The translations under genes were made by a program, and so were the position numbers. From positions 14,790,948 to 14,854,947 of the forward strand of contig NC_092673.1 in assembly GCF_964355755.1 (NCBI RefSeq): a stretch of DNA of 64,000 nt. Direction: 5' to 3'. Position 1 is the first letter of the stretch; every line of letters begins with the position of its first letter. Positions 1-13,900 of the stretch are shown piece after piece. This stretch comes from Antedon mediterranea (Eukaryota; Animalia; Echinodermata). The notes beneath the pieces were generated by a model. It saw nothing but the letters and a program-made list of their open reading frames with translations, searched no databases and had not been told where the DNA came from.

Positions 1-540
1 GTATTGTCCCTTGAAACACAAAAAAATGATGGTCAAAATATTCTAAATTTAAATTGGCCATATCAAAGTAATATTAAAGTTATTCACTTTAAGTCGAAAA
101 TTCGAGCCAAAACAACAAGTTTACGTAAATAACAGGTAAATTAGTTTGATAACATTTCGTCTGGAAAATTGTCGCGAGCGAAAGTAAACAAAGATTTCAA
201 ACCACGAGTACGCATATTGCATATGCTAATTAGGATTATTTACAACTCGTCACAGTTGAGAAGGTATTTTCACACAGATCGTAAAGAAGTTTTATGAAAT
301 ATGCATACAGAGTAGCGAAACAAGCACGTTTCATTATGGGATATGTTTTGATGGAAAACTTTGACTGGAAGTCAAAGTTATTTTTTTAACAAAAAAACGT
401 CTGTATTTTAGTTAAATGATTTTTTTTTCGACAAATTTTTGGTGATAGTTAATAACTATTATGATACTTCAAAATGACCCACCTTTTTTCGAAATTTTTA
501 ATTTTTTAATTTTTTGGGATTAGTCAAAGGGAAAATACAT
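1..540. mobile_element. Degenerate non-autonomous DNA transposon (Kolobok-like), left end at or before the window start
   Basis: GTATTGTCCCTT at 1-12 is mirrored by AAGGGAAAATAC near 527-538 (one mismatch). The same terminus occurs as TTAA|AGATGTATTGTCCCC near 42040. Confidence 0.4.
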
Positions 541-1017
541 GGATTCTTTATATAGAGGTTCACATCAATGTTGATTGGTAGTGATATTTTGTTGCTGTTG
601 AATTTGCCTAGGAAATGTTCTCTTTATTTTCATATAAGTCAATAAAAAGTGTTCTTCAAAATTTTACAGTACATCTACAAGGATTGAATTAACCTACTAT
701 AAATTCAGACCAAATGACTACATGAGGTGGTACTGCATGTTATATGCATATCTACCAAGTCCATGGGATTATCACCAAGGGATTCAGTTGTGCTTGATGG
801 TCACCTGGAAACTAGTTTAAATTTTTGCAGAATTATAAATTACTATTACGGTACTTATTACTATTAAAATTACAAAATGTGCACATTAATGAATTGTATT
901 AGTTTTACAATTGAATATTGCATTTTCTCTAAAATAGATACAAACTATTTTTCCCAATAATATACCAGTGTGATCTTTTTTTTAAACAACAATCTTTTTT
1001 AATTTTTTTTATTTTAG

Positions 1018-1825
1018 AAAGTTTTATGAGGGACTGTGGTGACATTTTACAATATAATCCTTCTGCTAATGGTGGTGAATATGTGATACAACCAGGTGAT
1101 GGAGAACCAGAGATTACTGTGTACTGTGACATGAGGGAAGATGGAGGTTGGATGGTAAGTATACAGTAGGCAACAATTTATTCAAAGAAATTAGAAGTAC
1201 CGTTGATCCAACATCACTGCCACAGCTTACTAATTCATTACTAAAACAGTGCCAGGGACAGAAAACACTGATATGGCTTTAGAAGCATAAACATAACTGC
1301 GGAAACTTTCAGGTTGACAAATATGTTTTAGTTTTAACCGAAAGAGCGACCATTATATACTAATGTTCCAAAACTTGCATAAGAACCAACAAGCAATTTA
1401 TTATTACTGGCAGTTAGGTTCTCATTTCATTCATTGCTATTTACGCTAGTTGATGGGCCTGTCATCACTATTTTAGTAAAGCTAAAGTAGAGTAAAGATT
1501 ACTTTCTTTTCATTATCAGGTGATACAGAGAAGACAAGATGGATCAGTTGATTTTTACCGAAATTGGAAAGAATACAAAGAGGGTTTTGGAAACGTGAAC
1601 ACAGAGTTCTGGCTTGGTAATGAACAAATCAACCGTTTAACAGCTGATGGCGAATTTGAGCTATTGATAGAAATGACAGACCACTTGAATGTAATGAAGA
1701 TCGCAAGATATTCTCTCTTTCGTATTGGTACTGAGGACTCTAACTATGTTTTGACTATCAGTGGATACACAGCGACGCTGGAAACAAAGGTTTTTCCAGC
1801 CTCCTGCGTAAATGGTTCGTGCTTG
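1018..1825 (+). CDS. Fibrinogen-related domain (FReD) gene, two exons (1018-1154, 1520-1825); the C-terminal FReD exon was not found
   Basis: Exon 1 encodes RDCGDIL...VYCDMREDGGWM. Exon 2 encodes VIQRRQDGSVDFYRNWKEYKEGFG...EFWLGNE, classic FReD motifs. AG acceptors at 1016-17 and 1518-19, GTAAG donors at 1155 and 1826. The phase-0 junction is in frame. Confidence 0.85.
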
Positions 1826-1994
1826 GTAAGTTTTTTTCATTAGTTTTCTCCTTAAAGAAAAGCTCCCCTCAAACTTTTATTATGTTTAGATAAGTTTAAT
1901 TAAAGTGATTATACAAAAAAAAAAGGAAAAATATGGCAATATATTTAATAATATGGAAATAGTGCTTTTTAATATATTACATTTTTTTCTGCAG

Positions 1995-2195
1995 AGTCAA
2001 CTACAATGGCGATTGGTACGACCACACACGAGGCATCAGCAGTAACTGAATTTGACACGTCCAACACGAACGGTCTTGCATTACGATCGACAACCATTAC
2101 ACATACATCAACTACAGAGTCAACGGCGAATGCTAAGACAACACCGATAAGTACAACTATAATCCAAAATTCACCAACGACAGAGTTAACTAATG
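1995..2195 (+). CDS. Thr/Ser-rich mucin-like stalk exon (phase 1)
   Basis: Polypyrimidine tract plus CAG acceptor at 1993-94. The open frame is rich in T/S (TTTHEASAVTEFDTSNT...TTESTANAKTTPISTT). The donor near 2196 is uncertain. Confidence 0.55.
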
Positions 2196-3525
2196 GTACA
2201 GCCATAATATGGCAAATTGTTTTATCATTTACTTCTGAATTAAACTTTAGGGCAATTGGTTGCAACTTAAGTCCAATATAGGCCTATTCGACTTAATATG
2301 CAATATATCACAATCATGTCATTAGCACAAATGCATAGATTAAGATATCGGACAAACTGAAAATGTAATCTGGTATCACATGCATATATTCAGTTTATAT
2401 TAAAAAATATTTAATGATATTTACCAGGATTTAATTAGTATAGATAAAGATAGCCACATGCGATGGTAAAATAGACCTAACTAGAATAGCTAAATTACGT
2501 ACATTTCCTGTTTTTAATATTCATTGTCGTTGCAATGTAAAACAAGAATATTTCTTACAAAAAACGCTGCTCGCTTATTGTTATTGCTAAGGTCAAGTCT
2601 GGGGGTCACTTCAAGTATCCTATTACAAACAAAAACTTCAATGGACTATTTTGATAATAATTCAATGATTATCTGACAGCGAATTATAGTAATATCATGG
2701 GACTCATAAATACCAGAAATGCTTTGGGATTTGTCGACTCTTTTCCCAGCCGTTTTTTGGATTCAACAGGTGAAATTATAGTGGAGTTTCCATTTTAACA
2801 AAAATGTCAAAGTGTAGTACTATAAAGCTGCTTGATTTCATCTAATGAATGAGTCCTCTCGTGTGACGTAGCGGGCTAGAGCAGCAGGGTGAAAAATACT
2901 TTTACTTCTATCAAGTTTAATCATCACTGTTCCGACGTACGCAAAGCAGAAAACGATGTGTAATAATATGTACGATAAACGGCAATATGCTAACGTCGTC
3001 GGCTCTAATTAATTAACCAATAATTAATATAATTAATAATATATAATAATAATAATTATTATTATTATTATAAAGTGCTTTAAGAATACGATTTATTTTA
3101 TCGGAAGAAACAATTGAGGAAAATATATAATTATTAAGAATTAGAATGTTGTAAGATGTAAATGAAACACTGGTAAACAAATGTTAATAGAAATGCGTGC
3201 GTTTGTTTTTGCGTGTAAAATTTTACCTAATAAAATGAACTTGAAATATTAGTAAAACACCACTACTCAAGAGAAGATGCTAAGGCATTGAAGAATTTAT
3301 TTTTTAGATATGTTTCTGAACAGGCTCAGAATGAATTTCTGACTGTGTGCGTCATGAGAAGGTACATGGAAAACCCCGTCATATGGGTCGTTGATTTGTC
3401 CGTAGTCATTGCATTTTGCCGGGGATTCCCCATCATTTAAGTATTTCCGTAGTACCCTATTTATTTATCTTCATTTCCCTACGTCCGTAATATTGGGCCA
3501 AATTTCCGTAGTAATTACGGGCGTT

Positions 3526-6500
3526 CCGAACAAAACCCATATGGGGCCCATATCTGAAAACAAATGGGTATCATAATTGGTTGCCAATATTGGATTCTTC
3601 TGGTTTTGCTCCCAGTACCCATGTGGGTCCCATTTTAGGAAGCCCATCCCATACAAAACCCATATGGGCCCCATATCCAGAAACGTATGGGCATTGCAAT
3701 GGGCTATCAAAATGTAAAAAAATCCACAGATGCACAACTTACACATACAGGACAATTATAAATACTGTTATGAATTTATTATTTATAATTTGCGCGACAA
3801 AGGCTACTGGAAATAGCTGAAGTGAGTACTTGATGAGTGATTTATCGAAAGTTAAATTCTTTACAACAACAAAAATACTAAATGATCTATAAATAATGAA
3901 AAATTTGACAATGTTCAACATGAATCTGTAGCGTTTAAACCAAGCGTCGTAAAGTTTATCTACGGGTTTTATTTCGAGCTTATCAAGCCTTCCATCGCGC
4001 CCCATCAGTACTTCTTTGCCTTCTACAAAATTGTCACTTTGTCATTTGTTGCCACAATATTTGATTTTGGGTTCCTGAAAAAAGAAACAAAAATGTAAAC
4101 TCAATTATTTACGTATCTTAGATTGCCAAATTTGTAAACAAAACACTGTTGAGGACAGATTTATTTCGATCGATTATGATATTTTTAATAATGATTTAAA
4201 AAATAAATCTATTCCAAGATTTATTTATGTTACCCTCCTATTAACAAGTTAATATGTTTATATGTTAATATTGTTTTATTATTTTCTATAATTTAGAAAA
4301 AAAATGTCCACCTTGCTTTTGAAAGAAGAAATAATTATGAAATTTGAATTATAGTATTATAAGTGTACATGAATACGTTCCTTAATAATTGAAAGAAGAC
4401 TAATATATAATTCAGATAATTCAGATAATATTTATTTAGATATGAATGAATAATACAAAATAGAAAAAAGATATTAAAGTGAACCTAGATAAAGCAGTAA
4501 TTGGTAGTCATTATTATCATGGATCCCTTCTAGAAGTTAAAAACTTGTCTCGTAGGGATCCACAACAAAACACATTACTAAAAAAAAAAAAAAAACCTAG
4601 AATATATAATTACATAATTTAGGATAAGAAATTACAGTATAATAACATATAACTAACATCTTCTTTATAAAAATTATTTAAATTATGTGATTTAAACGCA
4701 CTTACCGATGTTAGATTATACAGGCATCTTATTTTTTTCTGAAATTTCTTTCCAGTCCGATTGATTTTTGTTAGCTAGTGCTACAATGTTATTGTACTGG
4801 CTATCTCGGCTACATAATACGAGCCTATGATCTGAAAATGTGTTAAATAGAAATATAACTTAAGATGATTTTTATATAATAATTATACACAAAACATGGA
4901 CCTCTAACATTTTATAATCTGCTAGCCATGGCCAAGCCTGCTTCTTAAACATACATGCTGCACACATGCATTTAATGCCTAAAATAATATTGTAATTAAA
5001 AGCTTTACATTGTTACATTACCGGCCGTATTATATAATAATAATTAGAAGAGTATTCAAATTAATAACTTACCTTACATCTTGTTGCACTATAGTTTACT
5101 TTTGAAGACATAATTATGCTGTTGAGTCAATTTCATTTGACAGAACGCTGCAATGAACACTATGTGGTATAGTGTACTGTATTAAAAAGGTACAGTATTA
5201 AAAGTTTAAACTTGATTTCAGGTTTGAGGTGTTTCAAATGTGGGAGAACTCGACATTGAGGTCAGTTTATGTTCCATTGGCCAATGGCAATGGTTATTTT
5301 ACTATGGTCATCATATTGGAATGTGCCTTAACAGTTAATGCTCGGTTAGGGAATACTGTACTTGCCTTTGAAAGTTGACCTCGGATTGTTTCATTGTCAA
5401 AGATTCCCAATCATTATATAGTGCATGCCTATATAAAACATTATGAATGCATTGATTTTAGTACTTAGTTTGTTTTTAATTCATATTGGTCCATAGGTAT
5501 TGTATTGTTTAATACTGTATCGTGCCACCCAATCTTCAATACTTTTCATTCCCATACTTCAGTAATTTTATCTGTCTGTAATATTGAAATGTATATCTTA
5601 AATCTTTTCGGTACTGTTAATTACACCATCTTTATGGAAATGTTTACATATAGTAGGTTCATGTACGTTTTATACGTTTTTACGTTTTGTGGGTAACAAA
5701 TAATTTATCAGGGCGTTTCTTATCCCATATGTGGCAACTGCATGCCTATATATTTTACAGATGAACCCCATGTATGTTGTGGGTGTACCAAAATGCATTT
5801 GTAATGGGACCCATATGTATGCCCATGCTTTTCGCTTACGAATCCCATATGGACCACAAATGGGCAACCCATATGTATTTGCCCATATATTGTACAGATG
5901 GGCCCCATGTAAGTTGTATATGGGCATACTCATATGTATCAGCCCAGGTTTATGGCATATGGGCCCCGTGTATTTTTTGTGTGGGCAAACCCATATGTAT
6001 TTGCCCATGCTTTTAGCTTATAAATCCCATATTAGTCACAAATGGGCAACCCATATGTACCTGCCCATCTATTGTATAGGTGGGCCTCATGTACGTTGTA
6101 TATGGGCATACCCATATGTATCAGCCCATGTTTATGGCATGTGGGCCCCATGTATTGTGTGTGTGGGAAAACCCATATGTATTTGCTCATGCTTTTAGCT
6201 TACGATACCCATATGGCAGGCCTGCCATATGGGTAAAAAATGGGAAACCCATATGACCAGCCCATAAATTGTATATATGGGCCCCATGTACATTGTATAT
6301 GGGCATACCCATATGTATCAGCCCATGTTTATGGCATGTGGGCCCCATGTATTTTTTGTATGGGAAAACCCATATGTATTTGCCCATGCTTTTAACTTAC
6401 AAATCCCATATGGGTCACAAATGGGCAACCCATATGTATCTGCCCATATATTATACAGATGGGCCCCATGTACAGTATGGGCATACCCATATGTAACAAC

Positions 6501-6779
6501 CCAGGTTTATGTCATATGGGCCCCATGTATATTGGGTGTGGGCAAACCCATATGCATTTTCCCAGCTTTTAGTTTATGAATCCCATATGGGTTGAAAATG
6601 GGCAAGCCCATATGTATCTGCCCATATATTTTACAGATGGGCCCCATGTGGGTAAAATGTGGGCAGGTTATATGTGTGTTTTCCCACCTGGGCCCCATAT
6701 GGGTTGAATATTCCATAGCCCACATAAACTTGCCCAGGTAATTTATATATATGGGCCCCATATGGGCTTGCTACCTGGG
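3526..6779. mobile_element. Non-autonomous DNA transposon with subterminal CCCATATGGG palindromic repeat clusters (EnSpm/CMC-like)
   Basis: Dense CCCATATG/GGGCCCCAT motifs at 3526-3710 and 5690-6779. The ends are imperfect inverted copies (AACCCATATGGGGCCCCAT vs ATGGGCCCCATATGGGCTT...CTGGG). The right cluster has a roughly 181-bp higher-order unit. No TSD resolved. Confidence 0.5.
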
Positions 6780-7562
6780 TGGGTTTGTGTCGATAGAGTT
6801 TAGGCACGTTTACAGACAAATATTTTTTTTTTTTATTATTGTATCAATGCAGCTAGAAATGTTTATGAAAGGGTGAAAAGAGCTATTGGGAGGCCTATAG
6901 ATAATACCAACAATGCTATTTTTAGTCGCGAGCTCACTATGTCGGTTGGTTGGTCGGTCGGTTGGTAAAAACACTAACTTGAGCACGCTACTGCAGCCAT
7001 ATTGTTGGTAACAGATTCTATAATAGCATGGCTTCGTATAGAAGTCATGCTGATGATATCGCATAATTATGCACAAGTTAATTGTATGTCAGTTTAGATC
7101 ATAGGTAGGAGGATGATTTATCTGCTGCTACACACAAACTTACTGGGTGCATTGATGAAATACGTCTATGGATGGTTAGCGAAACAAAAAAAAAAAAACA
7201 GAGCTCTTCTTGATTTTAAGCAATAGCCATATTCAATCTTTATCTCACCTTAATTTAATCAAAATGTGCTATTCTAGACTGGCTTATGAGTTATTGTTTG
7301 TATTTTTATGGCACTGATCATATCTATCTTAGTAGAAAACTCTCTTCTAGACTTACTATCTATCGCAAAAGAATATTTTTGTATTCCAAAGAAACTTGAC
7401 ACGTGTGTTTCCTTGTTTATTTCGTCTCCATGACTACTTGTTGTAGCTAATATAATTTATGTTGCCAGTGTGTTATACAGTAATTTGATATTTGGATACA
7501 TGACAGTCATAAACACTGGACACTAAACACTAACGGGGAAATCTATCAATTACATTTGAATT

Positions 7563-7839
7563 ATGAGTAGTGGAAAAGAAACAAATGGAAACACAGGCGT
7601 TGAGGCAGTCACTATTTCAATTCACGGAACGGCAAACGATAATACATCGGGTGAAATAAGATGTGGGGCAACCAAACGTTTTGTCTTTCAAGATGTAAAG
7701 CAACAAGATAGGTCAGGGTGCAAATCCTGGATTGAAGAACATATTATGGCCATTATTGTAGGAGCAGTTATTTTAATATTAGTAGTTGTTGCAGTCACTG
7801 TCACGTTGTGTCTTCTTTCCATTGACTCAACTTCCACTG
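7563..7839 (+). CDS. First coding exon of a type II membrane protein (cytoplasmic N-terminus plus one TM helix), possibly the next FReD paralog
   Basis: ATG at 7563. Hydrophobic stretch IMAIIVGAVILILVVVAVTVTLCLLSI. Phase-1 GTAAGT donor at 7840, compatible in phase with the stalk and FReD exons upstream. Confidence 0.6.
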
Positions 7840-8297
7840 GTAAGTACTTCATAAGTACTTCAACATGGTCGCCCACGACCGGTAAGCACCTCCGGCGGGG
7901 CGCTCCCCTGTGGGGTACGGTGAAAAATGTCTTCTACTTTAATAGTGACCACCACAGGTGAGTATAAAAGGACAAAAACAGGATGAATCCTGTTTGTCCA
8001 TTGGAAGCACTATGCCGATCGTGAGCGACTCAGTAGGCATAACAAGTATGTACTCAATATCATTTCTTTAGTTTCTTTTTTAGCAGAGTAGGCCTATACA
8101 GATTTTGATCTATTGGTTTTATAGAGCGCGTTCCATGTATTTGGTCCGTGAATGAATATGAATCTGTGTGACTTATTGCAAGTCTGGAGAATGGTATGCA
8201 CATTTTCAATGAATTTCTAAGGGTTTTTGCGCGTTCACTTTTTAAACTTTGATCAAGTAGGCCTAATTGTCGAAGATGATATTAAAACATATTGTCT

Positions 8298-8378
8298 ATT
8301 TAACCTACTCACAATTTACGATTTAAATAAGTTACAGCCTGTAACTTATTTAAATCGTAAATTGTGAGTAGGTTAAAT
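8298..8378. repeat. Perfect inverted repeat, 40-bp arms with a 1-nt spacer
   Basis: ATTTAACCTACTCACAATTTACGATTTAAATAAGTTACAG-C-CTGTAACTTATTTAAATCGTAAATTGTGAGTAGGTTAAAT. Confidence 0.95.
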
Positions 8379-8659
8379 TGTTTAAATAAGGGTACGTGAT
8401 CTAGTATCTCTTTTCGAGTTCGTTATTATTCTAACTATTAATTTTTCTGACTTATGTAGTTTTTTCAATTCAATGTGTTGGGTATTCATTTGCCCATATA
8501 ATGTTTCTATATTGAAGATGTGGCAAGATAAGAGCGTTATAATATAGATTTATTAATATATGTGTAAAGGAAAAATATTTTTACTTTGCAGATGATACCA
8601 AAGGCCTTAGAAATCTCATTACATATATATTTGATGTGGGGTTTCCAGCTTAAATTTCG

Positions 8660-8980
8660 TTTATCTCTTAGTTTTAAATATAGATATCTTAGTTTTAAAT
8701 AGAGATATCTCTATTAATAGAGATATCTCTGTTAACAGAGATATCTCCATTTAAAACTAAGATATCTCTATTAAAAACTAAGATATCTCTAATTAAAACT
8801 AAGATATCTTAGTTTTTAATAATAGAGATATCTCTATTTATAGAGATCTCGATTAATAGAGATATCTCTATTAAAAACTAAGATATCTTAGTTTTAAATA
8901 GAGATATCTTAGTTTTTAATAGAGATACCTTAGTTTTAAATAGAGATATGTCTATTAATTAGTTTTAAAGATATCTTTAT
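8660..8980. repeat. AT-rich palindromic minisatellite built from AGATATCT and TTAGTTTT/AAAACTAA units
   Basis: Repeated AGAGATATCTCT and AGATATCTTAGTTTTAA in both orientations. Confidence 0.8.
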
Positions 8981-10941
8981 TTCTGAATAAATGACAGCTT
9001 GGCGCGCCATACCCTACTGTTAGATATATAAACACATAATATACAAATAAACTTTATTAGTGACAGTTGCAACGTTTTAATTAATAATCATAAAAAATAT
9101 AAACGTTGTAGTGATGTATCGTTACAAAGTTTACAATTTCAATCTACTATAACAGAGACAGTTTTAATAATGTATTAAATCGCAAATGTTTTGCTTTATT
9201 TAGTGGTATGTTATTTATGGTTTATGGTTTTATGGTTTTAAATTTATATAGCGCAAAATACAAATATAGTCTCTATGCGCTGTTTAGCACAAGTGTGAAA
9301 ATGAAAAAATGTTGATGTAAAATAAACCATGAAATAGCCTAAAAACCGAATAAATTGACCAAGACAACAGAAAAAGTCCGAAAACGGAATCTCACATCAC
9401 CTATCACCACACTGTTTCACTAACTTGTCAAGACATGTGTCATAGTGATGTGAGCATCTGACTATCCTGCCTAACAAACAATAAAATTAATAAAATGTAT
9501 ATTTATAGGCCTATAAAACATGAAACAATATTTCGTTACTAAAAGTAGAGCAGTTAATGCCATGAGGTGTGCATGAAACTTGGCACAACATTTCTTTGAT
9601 GTATAAAGATTCAAAATATCGGAGGTGCCAAAGTGTCCTATGTCCGGTATGGCGGCCATCTTGATTTCAAAATGGCCACCACAAAAAAAAAAATGTTCAT
9701 ATCTTGGTAACTATACACATTAGAGAATTAACTGGTCTCAAATTGTTCACAAACTATATATTTCTATTTGCTCTAATAAAAAATTTCGTCCAAAAATGAC
9801 TAGAAATGACATTTCTTTCAGTTTGACCATTGACCTCATATTTGTATATTATCTCTATAACTACTGGTCATTTTCAATCGATTTTGGTGTCATTTTGTTC
9901 AGAATAAATACATTTATATTTGTAGTAATGAAACGTTTTCACATAAAATGACCGGAAATACAATTTATGACCGTTGACACCAATTATGAACACACTGTAT
10001 GTGGTTTACATTGGTATAAATGCACCTAATTTGACTACATAAATCATATTGTCTATTTATTCGTTTATGAAAACGACAATGTATTATCCTGCGATACGTA
10101 CATTTGAAATCACAAGTTTTTTTACGCTGGAATTACTATGTATTCGAGAACCATGTGTGGAGAGGGCGCAATCTTGAGAAGACGTACCTGGGAAACTACT
10201 GACGTGAGTCCATGCTAACATTAATAATATAATTATAAATCCATATAATAATGATTTAAAAAGTAATACCGACGTGTATTTATTTGAACAAACCACATGG
10301 GCTTTATTTTCGTCACGAATAAATACGGTACGGTACGAATGTACGCCTAAAATGTCTACGAAAAATCAATCTAAAAAAAGGATCATGGTTGAAATTACTG
10401 CAAGTCAGAACTACATGTACTAAATGTAATCAATTGCAGACATTTATAAGGAGGTTGTGGCCTATTAATTAATTATTAATATCACAGGCGACAGACTTGG
10501 GGCTAGAAGGACTAAACCACGTCTTAATAATTATAATCTATCAAATAATTACTAAAAAGTTAAAATCGTTTTGTTCATGTTCGGATTTAAAATATAAAGT
10601 TATACATCACCAAAATGTATCTAATTCATCACAATTAATCGAAGATATCTAGTATGAACACAAGTTAAAGTTGTTTAGCATATTCTAAAATATATACGCG
10701 GGTGATGACGCTTTTTTTCTTTTTCCACTGCAGGACATATCACTCCTTCAAAGCTTTCCATTTCTCTCTTTTTCTATTCTCAGTTGCTTTTATATTTGCT
10801 CAGGTTATCTCTCATCACATCTTTTATTGCCAAACCGTAATCCTGCTTGTCCATCTATTGTCATGGAGTTTTGCAACGTGGCCTGCTCATCTCTACTTAT
10901 TTTTAGCAATAGCTTGAAGAAGATCTCGTTTTTTTTATCTT

Positions 10942-13900
10942 TCCTTATTATTCGCATGGTACCTTGTTCATTATATGCCAAGCATTCACCGTTCTATAGC
11001 ATGGGTTGATACTTATCATAGTTCTTATTATTCGCATGGTACCTTGTTCATTATATGCCAAGCATTCACCGTTGCATAGCATGGGTTGATACTTATCATA
11101 GTCCTTATTATTCGCATGGTACCTTGTTCATTATATGCCAAGCATTCACCGTTGCATAGCATGGGTTGATACTTATCATAGTCCTTATTATTCGCATGGT
11201 ACCTTGTTCATTATATGCCAAGCATTCACCGTTGCATAGCATGGGTTGATACTTATCATAGTCCTTATTATTCGCATGGTACCTTGTTCATTATATGCCA
11301 AGCATTCACCGTTCTATAGCATGGGTTGATACTTATCATAGTCCTTATTATTCGCATGGTACCTTGTTCATTATATGCCAAGCATTCACCGTTGCATAGC
11401 ATGGGTTGATACTTATCATAGTCCTTATTATTCGCATGGTACCTTGTTCATTATATGCCAAGCATTCACCGTTGCATAGCATGGGTTGATACTTATCATA
11501 GTTCTTATTATTCGCATGGTACCTTGTTCATTATATGCCAAGCATTCACCGTTGCATAGCATGGGTTGATACTTATCATAGTTCTTATTATTCGCATGGT
11601 ACCTTGTTCATTATATGCCAAGCATTCACCGTTGCCTAGCATGGGTTGATACTTATCATAGTTCTTATTATTCGCATGGTACCTTGTTCATTATATGCCA
11701 AGCATTCACCGTTGCATAGCATGGGTTGATACTTATCATAGTTCTTATTATTCGCATGGTACCTTGTTCATTATATGCCAAGCATTCACCGTTCTATAGC
11801 ATGGGTTGATACTTATCATAGTTCTTATTATTCGCATGGTACCTTGTTCATTATATGCCAAGCATTCACCGTTCTATAGCATGGGTTGATACTTATCATA
11901 GTCCTTATTATTCGCATGGTACCTTGTTCATTATATGCCAAGCATTCACCGTTGCATAGCATGGGTTGATACTTATCATAGTCCTTATTATTCGCATGGT
12001 ACCTTGTTCATTATATGCCAAGCATTCACCGTTGCATAGCATGGGTTGATACTTATCATAGTTCTTATTATTCGCATGGTACCTTGTTCATTATATGCCA
12101 AGCATTCACCGTTGCATAGCATGGGTTGATACTTATCATAGTCCTTATTATTCGCATGGTACCTTGTTCATTATATGCCAAGCATTCACCGTTGCATAGC
12201 ATGGGTTGATACTTATCATAGTCCTTATTATTCGCATGGTACCTTGTTCATTATATGCCAAGCATTCACCGTTGCATAGCATGGGTTGATACTTATCATA
12301 GTTCTTATTATTCGCATGGTACCTTGTTAATTATATGCCAAGCATTCACCGTTGCATAGCATGGGTTGATACTTATCATAGTCCTTATTATTCGCATGGT
12401 ACCTTGTTCATTATATGCCAAGCATTCACCGTTGCATAGCATGGGTTGATACTTATCATAGTCCTTATTATTCGCATGGTACCTTGTTCATTATATGCCA
12501 AGCATTCACCGTTCTATAGCATGGGTTGATACTTATCATAGTCCTTATTATTCGCATGGTACCTTGTTCATTATATGCCAAGCATTCACCGTTGCATAGC
12601 ATGGGTTGATACTTATCATAGTCCTTATTATTCGCATGGTACCTTGTTCATTATATGCCAAGCATTCACCGTTGCATAGCATGGGTTGATACTTATCATA
12701 GTTCTTATTATTCGCATGGTACCTTGTTCATTATATGCCAAGCATTCACCGTTCTATAGCATGGGTTGATACTTATCATAGTCCTTATTATTCGCATGGT
12801 ACCTTGTTCATTATATGCCAAGCATTCACCGTTCTATAGCATGGGTTGATACTTATCATAGTCCTTATTATTCGCATGGTACCTTGTTCATTATATGCCA
12901 AGCATTCACCGTTGCATAGCATGGGTTGATACTTATCATAGTTCTTATTATTCGCATGGTACCTTGTTCATTATATGCCAAGCATTCACCGTTGCATAGC
13001 ATGGGTTGATACTTATCATAGTTCTTATTATTCGCATGGTACCTTGTTCATTATATGCCAAGCATTCACCGTTGCATAGCATGGGTTGATACTTATCATA
13101 GTCCTTATTATTCGCATGGTACCTTGTTCATTATATGCCAAGCATTCACCGTTCTATAGCATGGGTTGATACTTATCATAGTTCTTATTATTCGCATGGT
13201 ACCTTGTTCATTATATGCCAAGCATTCACCGTTCTATAGCATGGGTTGATACTTATCATAGTCCTTATTATTCGCATGGTACCTTGTTCATTATATGCCA
13301 AGCATTCACCGTTGCATAGCATGGGTTGATACTTATCATAGTCCTTATTATTCGCATGGTACCTTGTTCATTATATGCCAAGCATTCACCGTTGCATAGC
13401 ATGGGTTGATACTTATCATAGTCCTTATTATTCGCATGGTACCTTGTTCATTATATGCCAAGCATTCACCGTTGCATAGCATGGGTTGATACTTATCATA
13501 GTCCTTATTATTCGCATGGTACCTTGTTCATTATATGCCAAGCATTCACCGTTCTATAGCATGGGTTGATACTTATCATAGTCCTTATTATTCGCATGGT
13601 ACCTTGTTCATTATATGCCAAGCATTCACCGTTGCATAGCATGGGTTGATACTTATCATAGTTCTTATTATTCGCATGGTACCTTGTTCATTATATGCCA
13701 AGCATTCACCGTTGCATAGCATGGGTTGATACTTATCATAGTTCTTATTATTCGCATGGTACCTTGTTCATTATATGCCAAGCATTCACCGTTGCATAGC
13801 ATGGGTTGATACTTATCATAGTTCTTATTATTCGCATGGTACCTTGTTCATTATATGCCAAGCATTCACCGTTGCATAGCATGGGTTGATACTTATCATA

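Noticed and set aside
5670-6819. Repetitive Cys/His/Met/Tyr-rich ORFs
   Set aside because: They are translations of the CCCATATGGG repeat cluster, open on both strands.
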